NCBI GenBank assembly: GCA_958422985.1 | Contig: CATZPY010000002.1 | Location: 18,656-82,655, forward strand | Length of the DNA stretch: 64,000 bases | Direction: 5' to 3' | Source of the DNA: an uncultured Clostridium sp. | Lineage (GTDB): Bacteria > Bacillota > Clostridia > TANB77 > CAG-508 | In this document: piece after piece, positions 1 to 8,608 of the stretch | How the letters are laid out: every line of letters starts with the position of its first letter | Numbering within the stretch: position 1 is the stretch's first letter | The notes under the pieces: generated by a model | What the model saw: the letters and a program-made list of their open reading frames with translations, nothing else | What the model was told of the DNA's origin: nothing | Database searches by the model: none | Translations under genes and position numbers: made by a program

Positions 1-419
1 GTGATACAATATTAAATGGCGAAAAAGTAATATTACTAAAGCCACAAACATATATGAATTTAAGTGGAGAGTCTATTATACAATTTAAACAATTTTATAA
101 AATTCCACCTGAAAATATTATCGTAATATATGATGATATAGATGTAGATGTAGGAAAGATAAAAATTAGAAAAAAAGGTGGTCCAGGCTCACATAATGGA
201 ATGAAGTCAGTTGTAAAAGAGTTGCAATCTGAAGACTTTCCTCGTATAAGAGTAGGAATAGGAAAACCTATACTTAAAGAGATGATGATAGGTTATGTAT
301 TAGAAAAATTAAATGGAAATGAACGAGAAATATTAGAAGAGTCAACAAAACTAGCTTCAAATGCTGTATATGATATTATAACTTGTGGTATAGATAAAGC
401 AATGAATATGTACAACTAA
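1..419 (+). CDS. pth: peptidyl-tRNA hydrolase, 5'-truncated at the window edge (reading frame begins at position 3)
   Basis: Translation from position 3 gives ...KVILLKPQTYMNLSGESI...GGPGSHNGMKSV...RVGIGKP, matching the Pth family core motifs. The start lies before the window. Confidence 0.85.
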   Translation, partial: DTILNGEKVILLKPQTYMNLSGESIIQFKQFYKIPPENIIVIYDDIDVDVGKIKIRKKGGPGSHNGMKSVVKELQSEDFPRIRVGIGKPILKEMMIGYVLEKLNGNEREILEESTKLASNAVYDIITCGIDKAMNMYN

Positions 420-549
420 AGTAATTGCTACAATACACTGTTTAGTACAGTATATAAAGATAGAAAAAGTATAATTAAATATTAGACAGCAAGAGCCTTT
501 AAAAGCTTTAATATATAAATCTATTCAGATATAATTAGAAAGGGAAAAT

Positions 550-1680
550 ATGCAAGAGTTAAGAATAAAAGTTGATGCGAATGAAAAAACTGTAATATTA
601 CTAAATGATTATAAAATAGTAGAACAATATACAATAGATAAAGAAAATATAGAAGGAAATATATATTTAGGAGTAATAAAAAATATAGTTCCAGGCTTAA
701 AGGCAACTTTTGTAGATATTGGGAAAAGTAAAAATGCTTTTATTCACTTCGAAGATTTAGGGAAAACAAAAGATGAGATAAAACTTAATGAAACAATACT
801 AGTTCAAGTTCAAAAAAATGCTGTAAAGCAAAAAGGTGCGAAACTTACTAGTAATATAAAATTAATTGGAAGGCAAATCGTTTTAATGCCTAAAACAGAT
901 TTTATAAGTGTATCTAGAAAAATAGAAGATGAGCAAAAAAGAGAAAAATTAAAAGAAATAGTAAAAAAATATTTACCCCAAAATTGTGGTGCAATTATAA
1001 GAACAAACTGTACTTTGGCAACAGAAGAAGAAATTAAACAAGATATAAAAATACTAATTAAAAGATGGGAAAATATAAAAAATATTGCAAAGCAAAAGAT
1101 TAAAAATGTACCATGCATAATAGAAGAAGAAAGTAGCGTTGTAAAATCTTTAATATTATCTACAGTAGATTCAAAAATGAACACAATTATAACAAATAAT
1201 GAAGAATATAATAAGGAAATATTAAACTTTTTAAAAATGCACAACTTAGAAAGTAGAATAAAATTAGAATATGAAAATAATGTATTTGAAAAATACACAA
1301 TAGAAAAAGAATTGCAAAACTTAAAAGATAATAAAATTTGGTTAAATTGTGGTGGACAAATTGTTATAGACAAAACAGAAGCATTAACAGCAATAGATGT
1401 CAATTCTGGTAAGTGTATAGGAAAAAATAATTTAGAAGAAACTATTTTAAAAGTAAATATAGAAGCAGGAAAAGAAATTGCAAATCAAATAAGATTAAGA
1501 GATATAGGTGGAATAATAATAGTAGACTTTATAGATATGGAAAAAGATGCAAGTAAACAAAAACTGCTAAATTGCATAGAAGAAGAAACAAAAAAAGACA
1601 GATCAAAAGTGCAGATAGAAGGGTTTTCAAAGCTAAATTTATTGGAACTTACACGTAAACAACTTTATGGAAAAGAATAA
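550..1680 (+). CDS. rng: ribonuclease G/E family protein (S1 domain plus RNase E/G catalytic domain)
   Basis: An N-terminal S1-like segment NIYLGVIKNIVPGLKATFVDIG is typical of RNase G/E. A stop and terminator-like hairpin follow. Confidence 0.7.
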   Translation: MQELRIKVDANEKTVILLNDYKIVEQYTIDKENIEGNIYLGVIKNIVPGLKATFVDIGKSKNAFIHFEDLGKTKDEIKLNETILVQVQKNAVKQKGAKLTSNIKLIGRQIVLMPKTDFISVSRKIEDEQKREKLKEIVKKYLPQNCGAIIRTNCTLATEEEIKQDIKILIKRWENIKNIAKQKIKNVPCIIEEESSVVKSLILSTVDSKMNTIITNNEEYNKEILNFLKMHNLESRIKLEYENNVFEKYTIEKELQNLKDNKIWLNCGGQIVIDKTEALTAIDVNSGKCIGKNNLEETILKVNIEAGKEIANQIRLRDIGGIIIVDFIDMEKDASKQKLLNCIEEETKKDRSKVQIEGFSKLNLLELTRKQLYGKE

Positions 1681-1809
1681 ATCGGGATTTGGGGATGGTC
1701 CTATTTTTCCCGGTTACACATATAAAAGATGAAATATAGTTAAAAAAATATAAACGGGATTTTAAGGACCGCCACTCGATCTCGTTTGTGTATATGGAAG
1801 GAGCATAAT

Positions 1810-3171
1810 ATGAAAGTAGGTTTTGTATCGTTAGGATGTTCTAAGAATTTAATAGATACCGAAATAGCTATTGGTATACTTAAAGAACATGGAATGGAGA
1901 TTGTAAGCCATCCCGAAGATGCTGAAATGATTGTAGTAAATACTTGTGGTTTTATAGATCCTGCAAAGGAAGAAGCTATAAATACTATTTTGGAAATGGC
2001 TGAATATAAAAAAGGAAAATGCAAGTATTTGGTTGCTATGGGTTGCTTAGTTCAAAGATATACAGATGATTTAAAAAAAGCGTTACCAGAAGTAGATTTG
2101 TGGATAAGATTAGAAAATTATGAAGATTTTTATTCTAATATAGAAAGTTTATTAAATAATAATATTAATAATACAGAAAAATATGGTGAGCTTATAAATT
2201 ATCCAAAGAATCCTTTTCCATTACCTAGTAAAGAAGAATTTTTGGGTAGAGAAATTTCTACTGGTGAAAACTTTGCGTATTTAAAAATAGGAGAAGGCTG
2301 TAGTAATAGGTGTACTTATTGTGCAATTCCTTTTATTAGAGGGCCATTTATAAGTAGACCAGAAGAAGATATAATAGAAGAAGCAAAATTATTAGCACAA
2401 AAAGGAATAAAAGAATTAGTGGTTATAGCGCAAGACACTACTAAATATGGTTTAGACTTATATAATAAGCCAATGCTTGCAGATCTTTTAAGAAAGCTTT
2501 GTAAGATAGAAGGAATAGAATGGATTAGATTTTTATATTCTTACCCAGAAGGGATTGATAACGACTTAATACAAGTTGTTAAAGAGGAAGATAAGATTTG
2601 TAAATATTTTGATATTCCAATACAACATATTTCTAATACTGTTTTAAAAAGAATGAATAGGAAAACTAGTAAAGAAAATATACAAAATGTTATTAGTAAA
2701 ATAAGAGAGAACATTCCAAATGCAATAATTAGAACAACAGTTATGGTTGGCTTCCCAGGTGAAACAAAAGAAGATTTTAATGAACTTTATGATTTTGTAA
2801 AAAGTGTAAAATTTGAAAATTTAGGTGCATTTACATATTCTAAAGAAGAGGGAACACCTGCAAGTAGACTAAAAGACCAGGTTCACCCAATGACCAAAAA
2901 ATCTAGGTATAACCAAATAATGCAGTTGCAACAACAAATATCTAAAGAAAACTTAACTAAACTGCAAGGAAAAGTAATTAAAGTATTAGTAGAAGATAAA
3001 ACTTTTGACGAAAAGTACTATGTTGGAAGAAGTGAAACACAAGTTCCAGATATAGATGGAATGATTTATATAAAAAATGATGAAGAACTTAAAATAGGAA
3101 GTTTTGTAAATTGCAAAGTTATAGATACAAGAGAATATGATTTAATTGCAGAAATTTTAAAGAAAGATTAA
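1810..3171 (+). CDS. rimO: ribosomal protein S12 methylthiotransferase RimO (radical SAM MTTase with C-terminal TRAM domain)
   Basis: N-terminus MKVGFVSLGCSKNLIDTE matches the RimO signature. A CxxxCxxC radical-SAM motif (CSNRCTYCAIP) and a TRAM-like C-terminus are present. The ATG at 1810 is preferred because a GGAAGGAG RBS precedes it. Confidence 0.8.
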   Translation: MKVGFVSLGCSKNLIDTEIAIGILKEHGMEIVSHPEDAEMIVVNTCGFIDPAKEEAINTILEMAEYKKGKCKYLVAMGCLVQRYTDDLKKALPEVDLWIRLENYEDFYSNIESLLNNNINNTEKYGELINYPKNPFPLPSKEEFLGREISTGENFAYLKIGEGCSNRCTYCAIPFIRGPFISRPEEDIIEEAKLLAQKGIKELVVIAQDTTKYGLDLYNKPMLADLLRKLCKIEGIEWIRFLYSYPEGIDNDLIQVVKEEDKICKYFDIPIQHISNTVLKRMNRKTSKENIQNVISKIRENIPNAIIRTTVMVGFPGETKEDFNELYDFVKSVKFENLGAFTYSKEEGTPASRLKDQVHPMTKKSRYNQIMQLQQQISKENLTKLQGKVIKVLVEDKTFDEKYYVGRSETQVPDIDGMIYIKNDEELKIGSFVNCKVIDTREYDLIAEILKKD

Positions 3172-3207
3172 CTATACTATTAGCAAGAAAATTATAACAA
3201 AAAGAAT

Positions 3208-3264
3208 AAGCGAACCTTAGATTTTCTTAGAATTTACATTTGTTAGAAAATCTTAGGTTCGCTT
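3208..3264. repeat. copy 1 of an AT-rich palindromic intergenic repeat (hairpin core AGCGAACCTTAGATTTTCTTAG...TAGAAAATCTTAGGTTCGCT)
   Basis: A near-perfect inverted repeat of about 20 bp with a 16-nt loop. The same element recurs at 26719-26805, 32585-32690 and 36924-36976. Confidence 0.8.
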
Positions 3265-3277
3265 ATTTAAAATAATA

Positions 3278-3811
3278 TTAATAATTTTCTGCGTTTATTT
3301 CGAAGAATGATTGAGGATGATTACAAACAGGGCAAACTTGTGGAGCTTCTGTTCCAACAATTATATGACCACAGTTTCTACATTTCCATATAACAATGCT
3401 TCCTTTTTTGAATACTTCACCGTCTTTAATATTTTCTAAAAGTTTTCTATATCTTTCTTCATGGTGTTTTTCGACTTCTCCTATTGCTCTAAATTTTGCA
3501 GCAATTTCTTTAAATCCTTCTTCTTCAGCTTCTTCTGCGAATTTTTTATACATATCTGTCCATTCATAATTTTCGCCAGCAGCAGCATCTGCTAGATTTT
3601 GCATTGTATCTCCAATTCCATTTAAATATTTAAAATGAATTTTGGCATGTTCTTTTTCATTATCTGCTGTTTCTAAAAATAATGCAGCAATTTGTTCATA
3701 TCCTTCTTTTTTTGCAACACTTGCAAAATATGTATATTTATTTCTTGCTTCAGATTCACCTGCGAATGCAGCTTTTAAATTAGCTTCTGTTTTTGATCCT
3801 TTTAAGTCCAT
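3278..3811 (-). CDS. rbr: rubrerythrin
   Basis: A ferritin-like diiron domain with ExxH motifs is followed by a C-terminal rubredoxin-like CxxC...CxxC domain (CRNCGH...CPVCNHP). Confidence 0.9.
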   Translation of the reverse strand: MDLKGSKTEANLKAAFAGESEARNKYTYFASVAKKEGYEQIAALFLETADNEKEHAKIHFKYLNGIGDTMQNLADAAAGENYEWTDMYKKFAEEAEEEGFKEIAAKFRAIGEVEKHHEERYRKLLENIKDGEVFKKGSIVIWKCRNCGHIIVGTEAPQVCPVCNHPQSFFEINAENY

Positions 3812-3943
3812 AATTTACCTCCTATTATTTAACTTGTGACTATATAATATATCAAAAAAATAGGCAAGTCAAGAAAAGAAATTTAGTGAAAATGTCAGAA
3901 AAACTGTAAGACAGATACTGGGGCAATATTACCATAAAAAATA

Positions 3944-3980
3944 TTGTTAAATAAGTCATTTAATAATATAATATTATAAA
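3944..3980 (+). promoter_or_regulatory. sigma-A type promoter (TTGTTA-17-TATAAT) overlapped by a PerR/Fur-family 7-1-7 palindrome aTATAATaTTATAAa
   Basis: -35 at 3944-3949 and -10 at 3967-3972. The palindrome at 3966-3980 matches TTATAATnATTATAA at 14 of 15 positions. It sits in the divergent rbr / 4002-gene intergenic region. Confidence 0.4.
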
Positions 3981-4001
3981 GTTACTATATGGGGGGATAA
4001 A

Positions 4002-4508
4002 ATGACTAATTTGCAAAAGACGAAACAAGCATATGCAGAAATAGATGCTTTTATAGAAATTTTACCAGAAGACAAAAAAAGAAAAATTCCAAAAAATATG
4101 AAAGAATTTTTTAAAGAACAAAAAGATAAAGAATACAAAAAAAAAATAGATATTAATATACCAGTAGAAGAGCAAAATTTAAAAGAAGAAACATTGGCAT
4201 TAATAGCATTACTATATATAAAATATATTTGTGAAGATGAAGAAGAAAAGAAAAATTTAGAAAAAATATATGCAGAAAATGAAAGTAGATATAGGAAAGA
4301 AATAAAAGAGAAATATAGTGTAGAAAAAGTAATGCAAAAGCGAAATGAAGATTATAATAAATATAAAACTAAAGAAAATTTAGAAGAAAGACAAAGTAAT
4401 ACAAACAAACAAATAAGCGAAAAATTTTTAGTGGAATACAAAGAGCCTATATTAAAAAGGATTATAAATAAAATAAAAAGCTTCCTAAAAATAGGAAACT
4501 TTAAATGA
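4002..4508 (+). CDS. hypothetical Lys/Glu-rich protein
   Basis: ORF with a GGGGGAT RBS. I recognise no domain. Confidence 0.4.
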   Translation: MTNLQKTKQAYAEIDAFIEILPEDKKRKIPKNMKEFFKEQKDKEYKKKIDINIPVEEQNLKEETLALIALLYIKYICEDEEEKKNLEKIYAENESRYRKEIKEKYSVEKVMQKRNEDYNKYKTKENLEERQSNTNKQISEKFLVEYKEPILKRIINKIKSFLKIGNFK

Positions 4509-4550
4509 TAATATTATAAGCTAATGCAAACATTATATACCAGCAATATT

Positions 4551-6614
4551 TTAAATAATAATATTATAAATGCTAGTAGTTATAAAACATATAAAAATTC
4601 CACATAAAGTTGGTAACAAGAAAGAAACAAAGGTCCATTTTAAACTTTTGGTTTCTTTTTTTATTGTTAGTAATGTAGTACCACATGGAAAATGTAGCAA
4701 GGTAAAAATCATTACATTAATTGCAGTAAGCAAATTCCAACCATTTTCCACTAAAATATTTCCAATAACACTAATGTTTTCTATGTCTAATAATTGTTTA
4801 TTTCCTAAATATCCCATTAAAATTATTGGCAATACTATTTCATTAGCGGGAATACCTAGAATAAAACCAGCTAAAATATATCCATCTAAGCCAATTAATT
4901 GTGCAAAAGGATTTAAAGAATTTGCAATAAAATCTAAAACAGATATATTACCTATGTTTATATTAGAAAATAACCATATTACGATTCCAGCTGGAGCAGC
5001 TACAGCAATAGCTTTACCAAGGATAAATAAAGTTCTATCTAATAATGAACGAACTAATATCTTACCAATTTGTGGGGATCTATAAGGTGGTAACTCTAAG
5101 GTAAAGGAAGAGGGTAAACCTTTTAGAACAGTTTTAGATAGCATTTTAGATATTAATAAAGTTAACAAAATTCCTAGTAAAACAACTAACATAACAGCAA
5201 TGGCGGCAACAAATCCAGATAAAATTCCAGCTATAGAACCAGAAAAAAATATTGTTGCGACAGTTATTAAAAAAGGAAATCTTCCGTTACAGGGAACAAA
5301 GCAATTTGTAAGAATTGCAATCAATTTTTCTCTTGGAGAATTTATTATTCTTGTTCCAACAACAGCTGCTGCGTTGCAACCAAATCCCATACACATTGTA
5401 AGAGCCTGTTTTCCAGATGTACATGCACATTTAAAACATCTGTCTAAATTAAAAGCAATTCTAGGTAAAAATCCTAAATCTTCTAATATAGTAAATAAAG
5501 GAAAAAATATTGCCATTGGTGGTAACATAACCGATATTACCCATGTAACAGTTTGATATACTCCATCTACTATAATACTTGTAAGCCATTCTGGGGAGTT
5601 AATATATTCAAAGCAAATTAGTAATTTTCCTTTTAAAATTTCGAAAAAGTTTGAAAGCATTTGTGAAGGGTAATTGGCACCTACTATAGTAATCCAAAAC
5701 AATAAACACAGGAATAGCAACATAATGGGTATTCCGAATTTTTTAGAAGTAAGAATTTTATCAATTTTGATTGTTTTTTTTGCATAATTAATATCTTTGT
5801 ATGTACAAACTTTTTTTGTAATATATTCACATTGCTTTAAAATGCTATTAAGAAGAGAAGTTTCTATGTTTTCACTTGTAATGTCATTTCGAGCAAGTAA
5901 ACATGTAATTTCAGATAATTTGGAATTTATTTTTGCGGTATTTAGATTGATATTGAAATTTTTAGAAATAGAGTTAATTAAATCAGTATTGTTACATATC
6001 AATTTTAAGGCAATCCACCTAGAAATATATGTAGGAGATTTAATTTGTGGAATAAGCAAACTTACACTATTTTCTATACATGGTAAATATGTAACACAAT
6101 TTGGATTATAAGAAGCTTTATTTAAGCACATATTAAGTATTTCGTTTTTTAAATTGATTAATGTTTTTTTCTTTTTACCAATTGTACCAACAACAGGTAC
6201 ACCTAGTAAAGAAGAAAGTAGTTTTAAATTTATATTTATACCTTTCTTTTTAGCTTCATCTAATAAGTTCACACACACAATTATATTATTAGTGACTTCC
6301 ATTATTTGAAATACTAAATTTAGATTTCTTTCTAAAGAAGTTGCATCAACCACGATTACTACAGCATCTAAATGTTCGAAACATATAAAATTTCTAGCTA
6401 TTTCTTCTTCTTCAGAATTGGACATAAGAGAATAAGTACCAGGAATGTCAACAACAGTGAAATTGCAGTTTTTAAATTTATAGAGTCCTTCGCAATTACC
6501 AACAGTTTTACCAGTCCAGTTACCAGTATGTTGGTTCATACCGGTTAAACTATTAAAAATAGTAGATTTCCCAACATTAGGATTTCCAACAAGAGCTAGT
6601 TTATAAGAAGACAT
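4551..6614 (-). CDS. feoB: ferrous iron transport protein B (FeoB)
   Basis: N-terminal G-domain (GNPNVGKSTIFNSLTG, DIPGTYSL) followed by a polytopic permease domain. FeoA lies upstream. Confidence 0.92.
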   Translation of the reverse strand: MSSYKLALVGNPNVGKSTIFNSLTGMNQHTGNWTGKTVGNCEGLYKFKNCNFTVVDIPGTYSLMSNSEEEEIARNFICFEHLDAVVIVVDATSLERNLNLVFQIMEVTNNIIVCVNLLDEAKKKGININLKLLSSLLGVPVVGTIGKKKKTLINLKNEILNMCLNKASYNPNCVTYLPCIENSVSLLIPQIKSPTYISRWIALKLICNNTDLINSISKNFNINLNTAKINSKLSEITCLLARNDITSENIETSLLNSILKQCEYITKKVCTYKDINYAKKTIKIDKILTSKKFGIPIMLLFLCLLFWITIVGANYPSQMLSNFFEILKGKLLICFEYINSPEWLTSIIVDGVYQTVTWVISVMLPPMAIFFPLFTILEDLGFLPRIAFNLDRCFKCACTSGKQALTMCMGFGCNAAAVVGTRIINSPREKLIAILTNCFVPCNGRFPFLITVATIFFSGSIAGILSGFVAAIAVMLVVLLGILLTLLISKMLSKTVLKGLPSSFTLELPPYRSPQIGKILVRSLLDRTLFILGKAIAVAAPAGIVIWLFSNINIGNISVLDFIANSLNPFAQLIGLDGYILAGFILGIPANEIVLPIILMGYLGNKQLLDIENISVIGNILVENGWNLLTAINVMIFTLLHFPCGTTLLTIKKETKSLKWTFVSFLLPTLCGIFICFITTSIYNIII

Positions 6615-6718
6615 AAAATCACCTCTTTATGTTATAATATGAAAATGTAAAAATATGGTTACAAAAACTTCTGACATAACGAATCCCGGGGAGCAGACCT
6701 CGAGCTTGGTAAATAGGT

Positions 6719-6949
6719 TTAGATTTCCACAAGAATGTTTTTTGTATCTTCATTTCTAAGTGCAATTATTGTTCCTCTAATTAAATATGCTGTAGGGTCT
6801 TTAAAAGGACTCCTAAATACAGGGATTATATTAGAATTTTCTATAATACCTAAATCTAGTAATCTTCTTTTTACATTATAATTGCAATTAATACTTATAA
6901 TTTTAGCTTTTTTTCCTATTGGTAAATTACTTAGCAAGCAAGATTTCAT
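6719..6949 (-). CDS. feoA: ferrous iron transport protein A (FeoA)
   Basis: Small SH3-like FeoA family protein (LSNLPIGKKAKIISI...LLDLGI...G). It lies immediately upstream of feoB on the same strand. Confidence 0.8.
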   Translation of the reverse strand: MKSCLLSNLPIGKKAKIISINCNYNVKRRLLDLGIIENSNIIPVFRSPFKDPTAYLIRGTIIALRNEDTKNILVEI

Positions 6950-7112
6950 AGTAAACACCACCATTAAAATAATATAATATTATGATTAAAACAAAGTAAA
7001 ATCATTTATAGTAAACATAATTTATACTGTATAATATGCAAAAATAAAAGGTATTGACAAATAAAAATAATAATATAAAATAAGAAAAAACAAAGAAAAA
7101 GGAGAGATAAAA

Positions 7113-7577
7113 ATGTCAAATAAAACAAGAGGATTTGAAGTTGCTAAAGGATTTGAAGATTGTAATATAAATATTCCTGTAAGAAAAACAAAATATTCAG
7201 CAGGGTATGATATGGAAGCTGCAGAAGATGTTATAGTACCAAGCTTTAAAAAAGGAGATAAACCAACTTTAGTAAAAACTGGTCTTAAAGCATATATGCA
7301 AGACGATGAAGTTTTAATGTTATATAATAGAAGTTCTAATCCAAAGAAAAAAGGATTAATATTAGCAAATAGTGTAGGAGTAGTAGATAAAGATTATTAT
7401 GGAAATCCAGATAATGACGGAAATATCATGTTTGCATTTTACAACATTAAAGATGAAGATATAGAAATAAAAAAAGGTGAAGCAATAGGACAAGGAGTAT
7501 TCCAAAAATATTTAGTAGTAGATGACGATATTGCAGAAGGAACAAGAGTAGGTGGATTTGGTTCTACAAATAAATAA
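7113..7577 (+). CDS. dut: dUTP diphosphatase (trimeric dUTPase family)
   Basis: Motifs AGYDM and GVVDKDYYG, plus a C-terminal Gly-rich tail (RVGGFGSTNK), are typical of trimeric dUTPases. Confidence 0.8.
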   Translation: MSNKTRGFEVAKGFEDCNINIPVRKTKYSAGYDMEAAEDVIVPSFKKGDKPTLVKTGLKAYMQDDEVLMLYNRSSNPKKKGLILANSVGVVDKDYYGNPDNDGNIMFAFYNIKDEDIEIKKGEAIGQGVFQKYLVVDDDIAEGTRVGGFGSTNK

Positions 7578-7712
7578 AAAATATAGCCATGATTTATTCA
7601 AAAAAAGCTGTAGAAAGTAACCAAAAATTTATTTTAAATAAACATAAAAAAAGATATATCCTATAAATTCTAGTAATGCTAACGGTTACAACGGTTTTAG
7701 GACTTAAAAGCA

Positions 7713-7754
7713 ATTACCAAAAGTTTTGACTTTTGGTAATTTTTGTAGTATAAT
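7713..7754 (+). terminator. Rho-independent terminator (11-bp perfect stem ATTACCAAAAG/CTTTTGGTAAT plus T-run) overlapped by a TTGACT-17-TATAAT promoter
   Basis: Perfect hairpin at 7713-7740 followed by TTTTT. The -35 TTGACT (7726-7731) lies in the loop and the -10 TATAAT at 7749-7754. Confidence 0.6.
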
Positions 7755-7797
7755 AAATATGTTGATAATTGAATAGACATTGAAAGGAGTGACTTGC

Positions 7798-8394
7798 ATG
7801 TTTAATGTAGGCGATAAAATTGTTTACCCTATGCATGGGGCTGGTGTAATAGATGCAATAGAAGAAAAGGATATCTTAGGGGAGAAGCAAGCTTACTATA
7901 TACTAAAGATGCCGGGAGAAGTTAAGGTAATGGTACCAACAGCTAAAGCAGAAGAAATAGGGGTAAGAAGCATTATAGATAAGAGCAGTGCCGAAAAAGT
8001 ATTCAGAGTTTTAGAGTCAGACGAAACAGAAATGTCTATGAACTGGAACAAACGTTATAGAGATAATATGGATAAAATGAAAAGTGGAGATATTTATAAA
8101 ATAGCAGATGTTGTAAGAAACCTAAGCTTTAAACAAAAGGAAAAAGGTTTATCTACAGGGGAAAAGAAAATGCTATCAAATGCTAAACAAATCTTAGTAA
8201 GTGAATTAGTTCTTACAGAACATGCTTCACAAGGCGAAATAGAACAAATGGTAGAAAGTAAAATTTCAACATCATATGAAGAATATAAAATAGATGCAAA
8301 TATATCTGCTTCAGACATAAGTAGCGACATAGTAAGTAAATTTATACCATTTAATTCAGACGAAATAGAAAATAAAAAAGTATCTAATAACTAA
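7798..8394 (+). CDS. CarD/CdnL-family RNA polymerase-binding transcription regulator
   Basis: N-terminus FNVGDKIVYPMHGAGVIDAIEEK...YY.L matches the CarD_CdnL_TRCF domain. RBS GAAAGGAG is 8 nt upstream of the ATG at 7798. Confidence 0.7.
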   Translation: MFNVGDKIVYPMHGAGVIDAIEEKDILGEKQAYYILKMPGEVKVMVPTAKAEEIGVRSIIDKSSAEKVFRVLESDETEMSMNWNKRYRDNMDKMKSGDIYKIADVVRNLSFKQKEKGLSTGEKKMLSNAKQILVSELVLTEHASQGEIEQMVESKISTSYEEYKIDANISASDISSDIVSKFIPFNSDEIENKKVSNN

Positions 8395-8608
8395 CAAAAG
8401 AGAGAAAGTAAATTTCTTTCTTTTATTTTTTTGCTAAAAAATTTATAAAACTATAGTTTTGTATACATAAAAGAAGGATTTATTGTTAAGTTGTCGAATA
8501 TTAATTTATAGAGGAATTTTGCGCCATAAAGCAAAAAAGAGGAAAAAAGTATTTATAAAATAAATAAAAAATAAAAAGCAAAATTCCTCCTAAAAGAAAG
8601 GTAGGAAA

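Noticed and set aside
810-1403. Long reverse-strand ORFs nested inside rng, mgtA, addB, leuS and other genes (e.g. 810-1403-, 17743-18165+, 43152-43697-, 50906-51190-).
   Set aside because: These are low-complexity Phe/Ile/Leu/Ser-rich translations of the antisense strand of well-supported genes in an AT-rich genome. They have no RBS and no domain signatures, so I treat them as spurious.
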